Under the pieces are notes generated by a model, which was given only the letters and a program-made list of their open reading frames with translations, had not been told where the DNA came from and made no database searches. This document shows positions 52,138 through 64,000 of a DNA stretch of 64,000 bases, piece after piece (within the stretch, counting starts at the first letter, position 1; the number at the start of each line of letters is the position of its first letter). Position numbers and translations under genes: made by a program. The stretch is from Blasia pusilla (Eukaryota), in contig CM114271.1 of the NCBI GenBank assembly GCA_050084515.1, positions 35,278,001 through 35,342,000 on the forward strand, in the 5' to 3' direction.

Positions 52138-52620
52138 CAGCCTGCCACAGCGCGGGCCTGAGCCCGCCCAATTGGAGTCAAGCCCACCCTACTGGTCTGT
52201 CGCGGGCCTCGCAACGGGTGAGGGCTCCGTAAGCCCGCGTCTGCGCAGCGGGATATGGGGGGGCTCAGGTGCGGACCATGGGTTACCCGGGCCTGCACGG
52301 ACATGTGGGCGGACACGGACTTTGTCCGTGAGCAACCCTGAACACCAAGGTTAATTATGGATAAAGTTTGTGTCTACGGGCATGTCCATGTTTGTGGACT
52401 TACGTACATCAATCCTATAGTAGGACTTGTCCATATCGGCCCCACGGTCTCCACCTCCCCATTCTTTCTCATCCCCCCCCAACCACCACTTGCCTCCATG
52501 TTCCGCACTTTCCCATTTCTTCCTTCCCCCACCTCCACTCCCTTTCCCCTTATTGCTGTGTCAGCCCTTACCTTGCCTTCTAGCATGAACTATAAATAAC
52601 AACCCCACCTTTTGCAATCC
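52138..52620. mobile_element. hAT-like MITE relics (GCAACCCTG terminus at ~52332-52340) and a related repeat shared with 32377-32640 and 57376-57800
   Basis: Terminal motif like the 56426-56940 element; shared blocks GGATAAAGT.TGTGT.TACG..C.TG.CCATGT.TGT.GACTTA and CCGCACTTTC..TTTCTTCCT..ACCTCCACTC. Confidence 0.55.
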
Positions 52621-55340
52621 ATGACTTGTTCATTTTTTACTCATAGTTGTACAAAAATGGACAAGTCAATGAAATACATGGAATGAAATTTTGACCTCTA
52701 AAGATCATTTTTGCTAGTAAATCTCCTAGAAAATTGCATAAATCCATGAATCAATTCTCTAATATCATTTACTTGTCATCTTGAACCATCGGTATTTTGT
52801 AAGAAAGTCCCGAAGGGATGCCGTGATGACCTTCATGCCCCTCTCACATGCACTCTCACTCTTGCGAGTAATCCCTCCATGATCTCATACCAATCGTGCC
52901 AAGGCAATCCATATATTAAACATTTATAGGCTCCGTGCAAGAAGATTCTTATACCCTTATTCTAAAGCTAACCACTCTCGAAAAGATATGGGATATGAAG
53001 ATTTAAGAGATGTCATTTTCTTAATAGTTAAGGTGGTGATGTCATGCATGAAAGTGGGTAAGAGGTATAGGTAGAATGCATGAAGAGGCACATGCCATGG
53101 GTGGACCAGCCAATAAGAGGAGATCAAAACATTCCAACATTGCTATAATAAAAATCATTCCAAAATTTATAGTGTCTTAGGAAAATTGGAGAGTGCCCGT
53201 TCTCAGCCGAATAAGACAAATAAGTTTATTTAAAATGAAACGTTTAATTCTCATTTTGGAAGGTAATTGAAACATATCACGGTCCTTCACTAGTGATCAT
53301 AAACGCACGAGTTCTGTCTGGCTATGGTGGACGCGATTGTCTATTGATTCGTCAGATACGTGTGGGGCATAGAGAGGAAGAAAACCCCAGGCCTTCCCCA
53401 TGAAGCTCAGGCCCTGGCCATTCATGGACTATTTCTGTAGATCAGACGGAAACGTCGTATGCTCAATGACGAGTTTCTCATATGGTCAAAAGCAGGACGG
53501 ATTTCAGAGTGTCAACTCCGACCCCACCATGTTACGATTCAGAGTTGAGAAGACTCTATGGTCCCATTCCTGAGCACCGAAGTGCATCAATGAGCTTTTG
53601 ACTTTCCTCTGGCAGTTGTTTCACAGGTGCGACGTCAGTGAGCTCTGTTTGGCATTACTGGCGACTCATGAGTGCATAGATTCCGTTCCATGAATGGGAA
53701 ACTTTTAGTCTGCTCCCACGATCTGAGCGACAGACTCAGCGGGAGTCTTGCTGACAGCACTTGCATCATCGCTTGACAGAAGCGTTCCAAAGTTATCTTA
53801 AGTTAAGGCAAGTTGTCTAGATGAGAATCCGAAAAGAGGGAAACGACCACCATCCACCAACCGTATTCCTCAGATGAATCTGACATTTACTTCACCTTAG
53901 ATGGAGGGTGATGACTGGAAAATACGCCTCGAGAATCTAGCATCAATCAGGCTTATCAGAGACCTAACCTTACAGACAAGCAGACCTGCGATTTTTTAGG
54001 AGTAGCAGTTCCGAAAATTGTAAATATTGACGGCCTCAGTGTCGTACGCCATATTTCCTCGTAAGCTCAGTGCTCACGAATCACGATCCACCTTGACTCC
54101 CGATCTGTGCCAGAACTGCATATAACTCGAAACCTGAACAACAGTCCTGGAAGGTCTTAGTACTATTCCGCTTGTCATAGATGGTAGCATGCGAGCAGGG
54201 TGGAAGCTTGACTTTTGCGAGACTTGGGTGAGTACTGAGTCCAATAGCTGGAACGCCCTAAATATGGGAGATCTTATGAAATGAAATTTTCTACGATCTC
54301 TCCAGGGTCCAGTATTCCTTCCCAAGGCGACGTCTCAGACAGATCGCTGGAATCTGGATAAGCCTGGATTGTGCTGGTAAACTTAGTCTAAAAGCTGCAT
54401 TTGAAGTGGCTCAGTAAAGATAGGGGGCAAAGTCAATGAAAGAGGCCCCGAGATGTATCCATACGCTGAACTTTCGCTTGATGTGCTAAATCCAGACGAG
54501 ACCGAGTTTAGAACTTTCGACTTATGGCCCCTGGTACGATCTTCATCGCGCATTAGTTTCAGCACGGGACACATGAGCATCTCATGCACATGGAAGAGGC
54601 GGGCCTCTATGAATAGAAGTGCAAAATCCAGATAGATTTCACCGTTCACTGTATAATCAATAGTCCACCCGACTCGACAACGTTTGACTTACTGAACTCC
54701 AGCTCCAAAGTTTAAAAAACCACTGTTTCCTTCCCACAAATCTCACGTTCATGTAGAATTATCGCAGATCCAGTAAGACTAATGCCAGATTACGTAGGCA
54801 TGAACATGTCACCACCAGATTGGAAGTCGCTCGCAGAAACTACAACAAGACACTCGCACATCGCCTCGCAGATATTCCCATGCCTTCTTCTTCACCCGGG
54901 GTCCGCAGACATCCATAAACTGCCATCTCATCTACAAACTGTCGCTCCGACTCACAAATCCGTAGGAATCTCAGCCAGCGTCAGGTACGAATCTCATCCG
55001 CCTGACACTGGCTGAACGCCAATCATGATTACCTCACCACCAACCACGACTCCAGCGCCGGTTTCCGATCTTGCGCTCCGCAAACGTTTTCGCTTCCGCT
55101 GCGATGGTGCGGTGCAATCTTCTTGCTCCTCCCTCTCGCAGCTGGAAACGCCTATTCAAACAGCGTCCCAAGCGCGGCGCATCCGAGTCTACTGAAGTCC
55201 GACTCTCAGTCTCACCAAACACATGTCTTGTCTGTATTCTGTTCATGTCCTGTATTCTCTCAACACTAGAACTCGTGCTGTGCACATCCTCTTTTAATAA
55301 TACAATATAAGTCACACTTCCAGTTACTTCCCGGTTAACT

Positions 55341-55402
55341 CCAGTTACTTTGCCCGTACCACGGAGTTCGTCCAGTTACTTGGCCCGTACCACGGAGTTC
55401 GT
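55341..55402. repeat. 31-bp tandem duplication containing CCGTAC
   Basis: CCAGTTACTT(T/G)GCCCGTACCACGGAGTTCGT twice. Confidence 0.9.
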
Positions 55403-56425
55403 ACTTCCCGGTAGCCCGGTATCCAACCGGCTGGGAACTCAATTCGTTAAGGTATGACTATCCTCGATTCCTCATTATTTTTGGCTTTCGCATCTCCTCA
55501 TAATACTATTTCGCATTTCCTTCGTGCCCATTCCACGATTAGTACAAGTTTAATAATGAACTACTAGTATGATGCGGGTGTCAAAAAATTTCCTCTTAAT
55601 TTAATTATTATTAAATGATATTTGTTATTACCGGAAAGGATTTGGATAGGAATTAGTAATACAAATGATTTTATAAAATTAAATTAAAATTTATCCTCGG
55701 TCAGTTATATAGTATATTATAATGAATGAACGGGAGAACCGGGATTAGTGCTGACCTAACAGGGTGAATTTGAGAATTTTAGTTTCAGTTTTCCAAATAC
55801 CGGCCAGAAACCAACGGAATATACATGGTCTCTTTTGTGTAAGTATCAAAATAGCCGGCCGGAATTGAAATTTTTTCAAAATATACCATCATGGTTTATG
55901 TAGACCGGAAATGTATTGGTTCTTTAAAACAAACTAACCGGACCTGGTTATAATGCTTTTGTTGTTGTGTTATGTCTTTTGAAGATTTCTTGGCATCCTT
56001 AAATTTAGTCTTTTCAACTTAATTATTTTTTAATCTTACACCTATGAACATCATAAGAGATTCGAGTGGACATGTATCAATATTGAAGGAGGGTTTATTT
56101 TAATCCCATCCTCTTTTAATAATATAAATTTAGTATGGGATTTTCATGTATGAATTTAAATTATTTAAAATTTACAAATTTTAAATTAAATTTAAATGTA
56201 AATTTTAATTTATCTTGAGAGAGTGAAGTGCCAAAATCCAAAACATCTAAAAATGGAAATAAAATCTCTCATTAAAAATTATATATATATAAAGACTTTC
56301 TTGTTTCTAATAATAGGAAAAATGTTTTCTTGTTATACAATTGTCATGGGCCAATTGAGCAAGTAATTGAAAATCAAAAACATGTTCTCCCATAGTAATA
56401 ATAGTGCCTAGTGGTGCAATAGAGA

Positions 56426-56940
56426 TAAGGTTGCACGGAAACAGACTGGTTTATCCATGGGACGGACATGCCCAATGGGTCCGCATGCGCTTTTTTTTTG
56501 TACCTCGATCGATCGCGTAGGCTCAGGACGTAGGAACAGGTGTGGGTAAGGATTGAACGGGTGTGTGGACTATGAGGGCTCACCTGGCCTGTACAGAGCC
56601 CGTAGAGGCCCACATTGAGGCCGCCTGGCTCGCATTAGCCTGCAATATGACTCGCGCCGCCGCACGTGTCGTTTCATGGGCACTTTATGGGCCACTACAG
56701 GCCCTGCTCAGATGTACCACGGGCCTTCGCGGGCTCAATGCAGACTCCGCAGGCTAGGTGCGGGTTATAGAACAGGTGGCAAGAACGAGTGATAGGTCGT
56801 TGGACTGGGTGCGTGTTGGTTGAGCTGAGAACTATGTTGCGGGCCCGAGGGTGGGCTGCAAGAACCCGTGCCTACATAGACATGTCAATCTCTAATACAC
56901 ACATGTCTGCCGACAAAGGATTTTTCCGTGTGCAACCTTG
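56426..56940. mobile_element. Non-autonomous hAT element (515 bp)
   Basis: TIRs TAAGGTTGCAC / GTGCAACCTTG; exact 8-bp target-site duplication AATAGAGA at 56418-56425 and 56941-56948. Confidence 0.9.
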
Positions 56941-58325
56941 AATAGAGATTATTATCAGATATATTATCCCAAGTATATTTAGTATATATATAGACATAGA
57001 TATATCTAAGCATGCAAAATAAATGTTTTATTTCACCTTCCCTATTTCCAAATTTGAAAATAATGGGAATTTCAAATGCACGAGGATGGTCCTCCGTATT
57101 AGTGCCCAATTTTTAGATGCATATTTATTCACAACCACAAAGATGATAAACATAGTTAATGTTGTGACTTCCACATATTAGCCCATGAAAAAAAGGGAAA
57201 CAGAAGAAGATGGGGAACCATAAGGTCCCCTTAGAGCGTATTCCCATGGAAGATGAATCTGCTCGTTAAAATATATCAAGATGGGGTTGGGAAAATAAGA
57301 ATTTGTTAGAAATAGCTAGGTCTAGGATTATAATTGGCTTCCACATATATTGAAAGCAATACACAAGGATAAAACTTGGATAAAGTCTGTGTTTACGAAC
57401 GTGCCCATGTCTGTAGACTTATGTCCGTCTTAGGGACAGACTTTTCCATGTGGAAAATTTTTCCCGCATCCCATGTCCTACTTTTGCTCTCGCCCCCTTC
57501 CTGCACCCCCGCCAAGTTGCCACATGTCCCTGGTTTTTTTTTTTTTTGGCTGCCTTGTATCCCACCACCCCCGTGCACACACAACTCGCCCTTGCATGGG
57601 AGAGTCGGGTTCCTAGAGAACCCGGATACGGGGCCGGATGGCATGATCACAAACATGTCTATCCCATAGATTGCAAGTCCACGGGGACACAGGTGGGCAT
57701 GGAAGGGGAAGAAGGGGGCATAATAGGGGTGGAGCATGAGTAGGGGTGGGAGGAAAAGCGGTTGAGGAGAGGATGGAGGCAAAGGGGAGTTGGAAGGTGA
57801 GGGAAAATCATGCCTAATTTGGGCATGACGCTCGTCTGCTCGCATAGGGTGGGGCGCTTGGGGTTTACCTTCCCTTAGTTGCAAAAAACCAAACGAGTCC
57901 CGCCATGGTATATACATGAATGGACTTTACCATGGAGTTTCCTTTCCCTACCCACATGGAATTTTCCAACCTTATCATAGATTCTAGTAATTGAAACAAA
58001 CTTGTTCAGACCCTCTCATGTGGTGGACTTAAGTTCATAGACTTTCTCCACATGCAACCTTGTAGAGCCCTATCCCATGGGGTTAGCCATCTTGGTGAAG
58101 GTTAGATGGACAACTCACATTTATAAATCAAATGAACCTGTGATGAATAATGCATTTGTATTACTTTTTAGGATCATGATCATTATGATGTCTACATGAA
58201 ACCTTTGGGAAAATACTAAAATCTAGCACACCCATGAATCATAAGACACAAAAAACAATGTAACGCATTTATAAATATGTTTTAGGAAATTAAAATAATT
58301 TTCCTTTTTATAAAACTTGGGAGCT

Positions 58326-60230
58326 GTAAGGCTAGTTGACCCAAACCATGGCTAATGTGAGTGTATTTGGATATAGATCAGTAAGGAGAGCGTTTGCTGA
58401 ACGTAAGCTTTCGTGACACATATAACCGACGTTCAAGGGGAGTAGGTGCATGATAGTCGAGGGCCATAAGGAGCGGCCTGAGAGGAATTTCCTAAAAGAT
58501 AGGGAGAGAGTGGGGAACTCTAGAACTATATATAGGGGGGTTAGTCTCCAAGGGTGTTTTGAAGGTGAATACCACCTTGGGAACCATGAGGGTGAACCAA
58601 GGGCACAAAATGAATTGAGAGATTGGCTTTTGGATTTGGACACCATGCCAAGTCCAAATGGGCTAGTTATAGACACCAACCTTGGACCTTGATCCGTGAT
58701 TTAAATATTGAGTCCTGGTTGGAGACTCATTCAAGGTTCATTAGGCGGTAGGGACCGTCAAGCCTGCTAGCACCGTTTTAGGTTCCTAGCCTATAAGTTT
58801 ATATGGGTTGTCTTTCCCAAGGAAGTCTTTCCCAAGTCTCGAAGGACTTGCCTCTGTTGGGGATTAAGGGTTTAGGTCAGTCCATGACCCCTTAAACCGA
58901 CCAATTCAATTCGATTGAGCTTGAAGGACAACCTAAGAGCAAGACTCAAGAGACACAAGGCTGGTTGACCCAAATCATGGCTAATATGAGCGTGTTTGGA
59001 TGCATATTAGTAAAGAGAAAATGACCTAATGAACGCAAGCATGTGTGATACATAAGACCAGAATTTAAGGGAGTAGATCCACGACATGTGGTATAAGAGC
59101 AAATTTTTGGTGAGTGTAAATGCGAGATCATAGGTGATGATTGGAGGCCGAGGAGAACACAAGGTTATAGTTGAGGCCTAGAAACTTGGGAAGGGATGAA
59201 TGAGATAAGGAAAGAATTTGAACGGACCAAGGCTTGAGGATAGCGACGGTGGGTGGATCTTTGCCAAAACGTTGATTCAAGCTAGAAAAACCAAGAGACA
59301 AACCATTACCTTATTAGAAGCCCGAGAAGGAACATACCAACCTTAGTATCAACCCATATAAACTTATAGTGAGATCATGTTAAAATAAAGATTGGGATGT
59401 GACCAACCAATGAGAATGTGACCCACATCGGAAGCTCTAGATTTGAATGTGGTGGCTCGAAGTTCCTCTTTTCAACGTTTTTCAAATTTCAAACCCCATC
59501 CACCTCATACCCGACTCATGTTCATGCACCATGGAAGCATCCCAACATGTCCATGCATCATCATGATGTGAAAATCTCCGTCACAGATATTCCGAAGCAA
59601 TTTTGAGAATGTCACTCAACGGTGGTAGCAAAACTACGCCGGAAGTTTTTAAATGAAGAATTCCTTCCATCACTCGGATTAACACGCCCCAAAAGCTCTC
59701 CCTCTTGCCGGTCTAAGCAATAATCAAGGACATCTGAGGTCACGAGTAATGCTAGTCAGTTAAATTTGGAAATTTTTGATTGATTTTAAAGTTGCCTCCC
59801 AAAAACCAGTTGAACAGGTCCTTTGAATTTCGTATCTCAAAACCGGAATTACCGTTTCCGATTGAACATTCGCGTTGATGTACCGGTCCCGCGAAGAAAC
59901 TCCCCTAACTCTGGTCCAAAGGAGTTTATATCAAGTACTCCGAGCACTAGCTCTAACGCCCAATATCAAATGAAGGCACCGAGTTTTCCATGGGACCCGA
60001 TACATTTCCAAACGGCAAAAGTAATCCGGATTCTAAAACACAATAATAGAGCATAATAAAAATAATAAAAATCTTACCCAAATCCAACCGGTTTCTGGTA
60101 AGCAACCTTTAAAATAATAGAAAATTCTCAATTTTAACCGGCTACCGGAGTCACCACGTGAGCACAAGTCTGTCGGCCTCATAACTTCCGGTGTAGAGTC
60201 TCCGAGTAGGCCCACTTAGTAGTAGTCATA
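58326..60230. mobile_element. Probable LTR-retrotransposon non-coding relics
   Basis: ~115-bp direct repeat (58331-58445 and 58960-59075) and a perfect 20-bp inverted repeat CTATAAGTTTATATGGGTTG (58791-58810) / CAACCCATATAAACTTATAG (59350-59369). No coding domain recognised. Confidence 0.4.
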
Positions 60231-62357
60231 GCTCTCTTGTTATTGCTGATATTGTCTCTGCTGTTGGTGAGTTTCGTCGTTAGGGGGAATGCCCCTTTTT
60301 CCTTTTCTGGTCGTGTTGTGGCCTTCAGGTTTTGACTCTTTGAGTCCCCCTCTTTTGTACTTCCGATGGGTTTTCTCCGAGTGAATGTTCAGGGAATCCC
60401 GAGCCTACGACTGTACCTGACTCCCTGCGGATTCGGAACGAACCACTTCTTGACCGTCTTCTTCCATTCATACTTTCATGTCCTGTCACCTGTGTTTCCC
60501 CGTGCGTCATGACACGTTTACGATGCACGACTCGTCGACTCGTCCATCGCCGACGTCAACGATCGTTTTATCGTACTCGTCCTCCTTTTTTAAAAAATCT
60601 CTGATCGGTTTTCCATGAGCGTTTTTACTGATTGAAGTGCATTGTTTTGTCCTTGAGAACAGTTTCGACGGTGGCTATCCGCTCTGTCCGTCCGTCCGGT
60701 CTCTGGATTTATCCTCGCTCCCGGACATCGAGGGAGGATTCGTCTCCGCGCAGATCCGCGTCATCTAATGAGAGCATGTTCCACCGCAGCGGACTCCGGA
60801 GTGGATCGCCTGTCGATTGCAGGACGCTGTTCAATCCACGCTCTCTCTCGCGCATGTTGGACAGCTACTACGTCCGAGCCGCTTCCGCCATCGCTGCACC
60901 GTCGTTCTCGTAGCTCGGCCTTTCTTTTTGTCCTTCCATTCGGAAGGAACCAAATTGTGCCATCATCCACGACGAAACCACGCTCGCGAATGCTGGAATC
61001 GCTGACAGCGCCTGCTTTCCCACTGTGCGAATTCTCATGCCATCGCTGGGATCCTGATTCCCGCAGCGCACTTCAATTCTGTTCTCTCTCATCCTTTCCC
61101 CGCGATCGGAATCGGTGGCATTTAGGGATCGCTCGAAACGCGCCTCCATCATGACACCTTCGCTTCTCTTTGTTCATATCTAGATTCCGGAGTGCGAGCT
61201 TCAGGGGGGCGTGGAAAAGTTTACAATATTCAAAAGGTGCATCATCGCGAATTCGGTTGGGGTGACATACTTTTCCTCTTGCATGAAAAGTGCAACGATT
61301 AGTATTGTTGTTGTCGAACATTTCTCACCTGGTATTCGTATCCTCCTACTAATCGGAACCATATCTCGAAAGAGGACAAGCAAAATGAAGATATCATGCA
61401 AGAGGGGAAGAGTAGAGAAAGGTTAAAAAAAAAAAGCGAGAAACAAATGATCATGGGATAAATCAATGGATACCGTTCTATGGTAGGAAATTTCACTTGA
61501 GAAGAAATAGTTTCCTTCTTGTAGGATAACGAACATGTCAAAGAAATGTGAGAGAATCGAGAACGAAATATAAGTGAAAGTAGTTGATAAAGGTTTGAGG
61601 ACCAGATGCATTTAAAAAATAAGCAAACTTGTTGCTCACGTGTCCCACGTCAATGTGGCCATCGAATTATCCAACAAGATTAGAGACATGCAATAATAAC
61701 ATTTCTCTATTGACATTCTCAATGCAATGACATCCACGAAAATGCCAACGCCACGGGCAACGTTTCCACCCCTACTTTAATGGAAGCAACAACTAACAAG
61801 AATTGATAAAAGAAATATCGCCTACACCTCTCGATGGGAAGACAATATGACTCTTCCTCAGAAATAAGACACACATTTCTTCTTTTAGTTGAGTATTTCT
61901 ATAGCTGAATAATTTCCCTATACTTTACTTTTTGATAAATTTGAAACGTAAACAATTATTCGACGAAAGCTTTTTAAGGCCTTCGACATGTTTAATCTTG
62001 GCGTGGATTCGTGGAACGGTTCTTGGCTCTCTCTCCCTTCTTGCTTTCTTGGTTTTATGTTAATAGATAGAACATTTATCCTTTCATGAGAGGACATATT
62101 TCAAATTTTCAAGGCCTTGTATAAAATGTTAAAATATATGTCCAAGCCGAAAGACCCGCATTAAAAATAAATTACTAATATGATTGTAGTGCCACATCTT
62201 ACAAATAAGAGAAAATCGGTCGAAACCAGTACTATTTTTGTTGGTATGCCAATAGTGCCATCTCCTCATGAAGTCAATAAGCCCCGCAATTAGGACCAAA
62301 TCAATTTTCCAAATATAGAAATTTTGCATTAAAATATAGCAGTAGGGCTTGCACTGC

Positions 62358-62495
62358 ATATAACACCAGGAGAAAACTAATTAAACCTTCTATACAAAAC
62401 AAAATTAATTCATTCATATGTTACACTGCTCATAACACCGGGAGAAAACTAAGTAAACCTTCTGTACAAGATTAATTCATTCATATGTTACACTT
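62358..62495. repeat. ~70-bp tandem duplication
   Basis: ATAACACC.GGAGAAAACTAA.TAAACCTTCT.TACAA..ATTAATTCATTCATATGTTACACT twice. Confidence 0.9.
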
Positions 62496-63213
62496 CTCGA
62501 GACACGTGTCGGAAGGGTAGGTTTGGCACCGCGTGTCAAATATAAAAATACGATTTTAAGTTCCTCACGCTAATTGTTTTTCCCGTCCGTAAAGAGAGCT
62601 TTGACCCGCCCTCGTGTCATCATGTCATGTGAGGGCCGTGCTTTCAAACAAATATAATGATATAGGCAGGCTCAGAGAGGGCACTCGTGCACTTCTCACT
62701 TTCGCGCAGTCTCCTCCTCTTTCTCATGAACTTTTTTGGAGTGCGGGCGGAAGATGTACGAGAGAGGTGCAGAGTTCGCTTCTCGAAGGTGGTGGATGCA
62801 AAGATATCTCGTGCTCCGCGGTGTGTTTGATGTCTTGGCGTCCCGGTAATCGTACCCGCCGAGTGCCGCGATGAGATCTTGAGTTCTTGAAAGCGCAATC
62901 CTCTCGAACTTGCACGGCACCTGGGACACGAGGGTGGTGGCAGAGTACACGGAACCGGCGAGTGTGGTCGCGGAGCGGAGGGCGTTGTTGGAGAATGAAT
63001 GACGGGTCAGCTGGAGAGGCCCGTCCGAAGGAAGCGTCGGACAGAACAGGAGGTGGAAGGCGGATGCAGATTTGTGGCGAGAGTTCTTGGGAATGGTTTG
63101 ACGTTGCGAGAGAGGGGATTTCTGGATCGAGCTCGGCCGTTTACGTTAATTCCATCCGCCCGTGAGAGATCGTGGAGGAAGGATTGGTCTCGATTCCATT
63201 TCATCCGCTGAAA

Positions 63214-63711
63214 ATGGCGGGATTGGCGATTTTCGAGGTGATATTAATGCATGTAGTTGTGATGTCGATGGCGCGGCTGGTGGTCAGCAGTCCGATGACA
63301 AGTTTCTCGAACGGAACTTATTACGTGAAGGTCTGGAATTTCTGTGATAGCGATGTCAGTTTGCAATGCTACAAGGGCTCGGATCACAGCCATCCTTTGG
63401 TGCAGGTTCTAATTACAAGCCACAACTCGTACGGGTTGGACATCGAATCGAACGATGCGAACCTCAAGGGAGACGCAACCTGTTTCCCGCCCCTTTACTG
63501 GTGCAGCGCAACATGGAACATTGTTCACCACCAGAGGCTGGCAATTCTTGGAGGTCCACACTTAAAAAAATGTGCGAAATTCGTCAATTGGAAGATCTTT
63601 GGCGATGGTCTTCACGTCAATCAATTCGATTCAGTGGTTGGCTCTTGGTCGGGTACTAAACTTTTCAGAAAGTGGGAGACTGTCTATATGGAATTGGATC
63701 CGGATAGCTGA
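63214..63711 (+). CDS. Small secreted protein, S-protein homolog (SPH / self-incompatibility S1)-like, intronless
   Basis: Hydrophobic N-terminal signal followed by YYVKVWN..VSLQC, SYGLDI, LYWCSATW, C..FVNWKIFGDGLHV and a terminal W. The spacing matches the SPH beta-sandwich pattern V.I.N..L..C..FWC..W..C.W.I..DG. Confidence 0.6.
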   Translation: MAGLAIFEVILMHVVVMSMARLVVSSPMTSFSNGTYYVKVWNFCDSDVSLQCYKGSDHSHPLVQVLITSHNSYGLDIESNDANLKGDATCFPPLYWCSATWNIVHHQRLAILGGPHLKKCAKFVNWKIFGDGLHVNQFDSVVGSWSGTKLFRKWETVYMELDPDS

Positions 63712-64000
63712 AGAGTCACGAGAACATGTTTATGCATTTGTCCATGAGGAAAGAATGGACGAATTCTTCCAGATTCGATTACTTCCTCTGAACTGTCGAT
63801 CTGATGTTCACCATGCCATCAGAACCGGACACGAAAGTCCACGACCCGCTCAGCTATCCGAGTGAAAAAAAGAGTTGCAGAAGCGCTCCACGAATACTTT
63901 TTAATCGATTGCAAATCTCTTCATGATCAGAGCGGGAATATATTAGGACGTCCGGTGAAGAACTTGCTCAACAGCCTGCGGTTACTTCCGGTTCTGAGAC

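Noticed and set aside
53774-53790. TGACAGAAG, the start of miR156
   Set aside because: The match ends after 9 nt and there is no hairpin partner.

Overview
Eukaryotic land-plant nuclear DNA with GT-AG spliced genes separated by AT-rich, transposon-rich spacers. The compact genes and protein divergence suggest a non-seed plant, but that is inference. Nine host genes are recognisable: the 3' exons of an At4g19190/CIR-like gene, a TIC32-like SDR, a POB1/LRB-like BTB-BACK protein, YLMG1, an S-adenosylmethionine carrier, plastid ribosomal protein L17, PLMT, gluconokinase, and a secreted S-protein-homolog (SPH)-like protein. Mobile DNA includes a decayed Ty1/copia element inside the first gene's intron, a 5'-truncated CRE-like (restriction-like endonuclease) non-LTR retrotransposon sitting inside a 150-bp tandem array, a family of tiny non-autonomous Helitrons, a hAT MITE with an intact 8-bp TSD, and further foldback and LTR relics. 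The most interesting leads are the CRE-like element and its array, a pre-miRNA-like hairpin next to it, the SPH-like gene, an unclassified intronic repeat family, and apparently non-coding spliced transcripts diverging from housekeeping promoters. No tRNA, rRNA or CRISPR features were seen. All calls were made by eye, without database searches.
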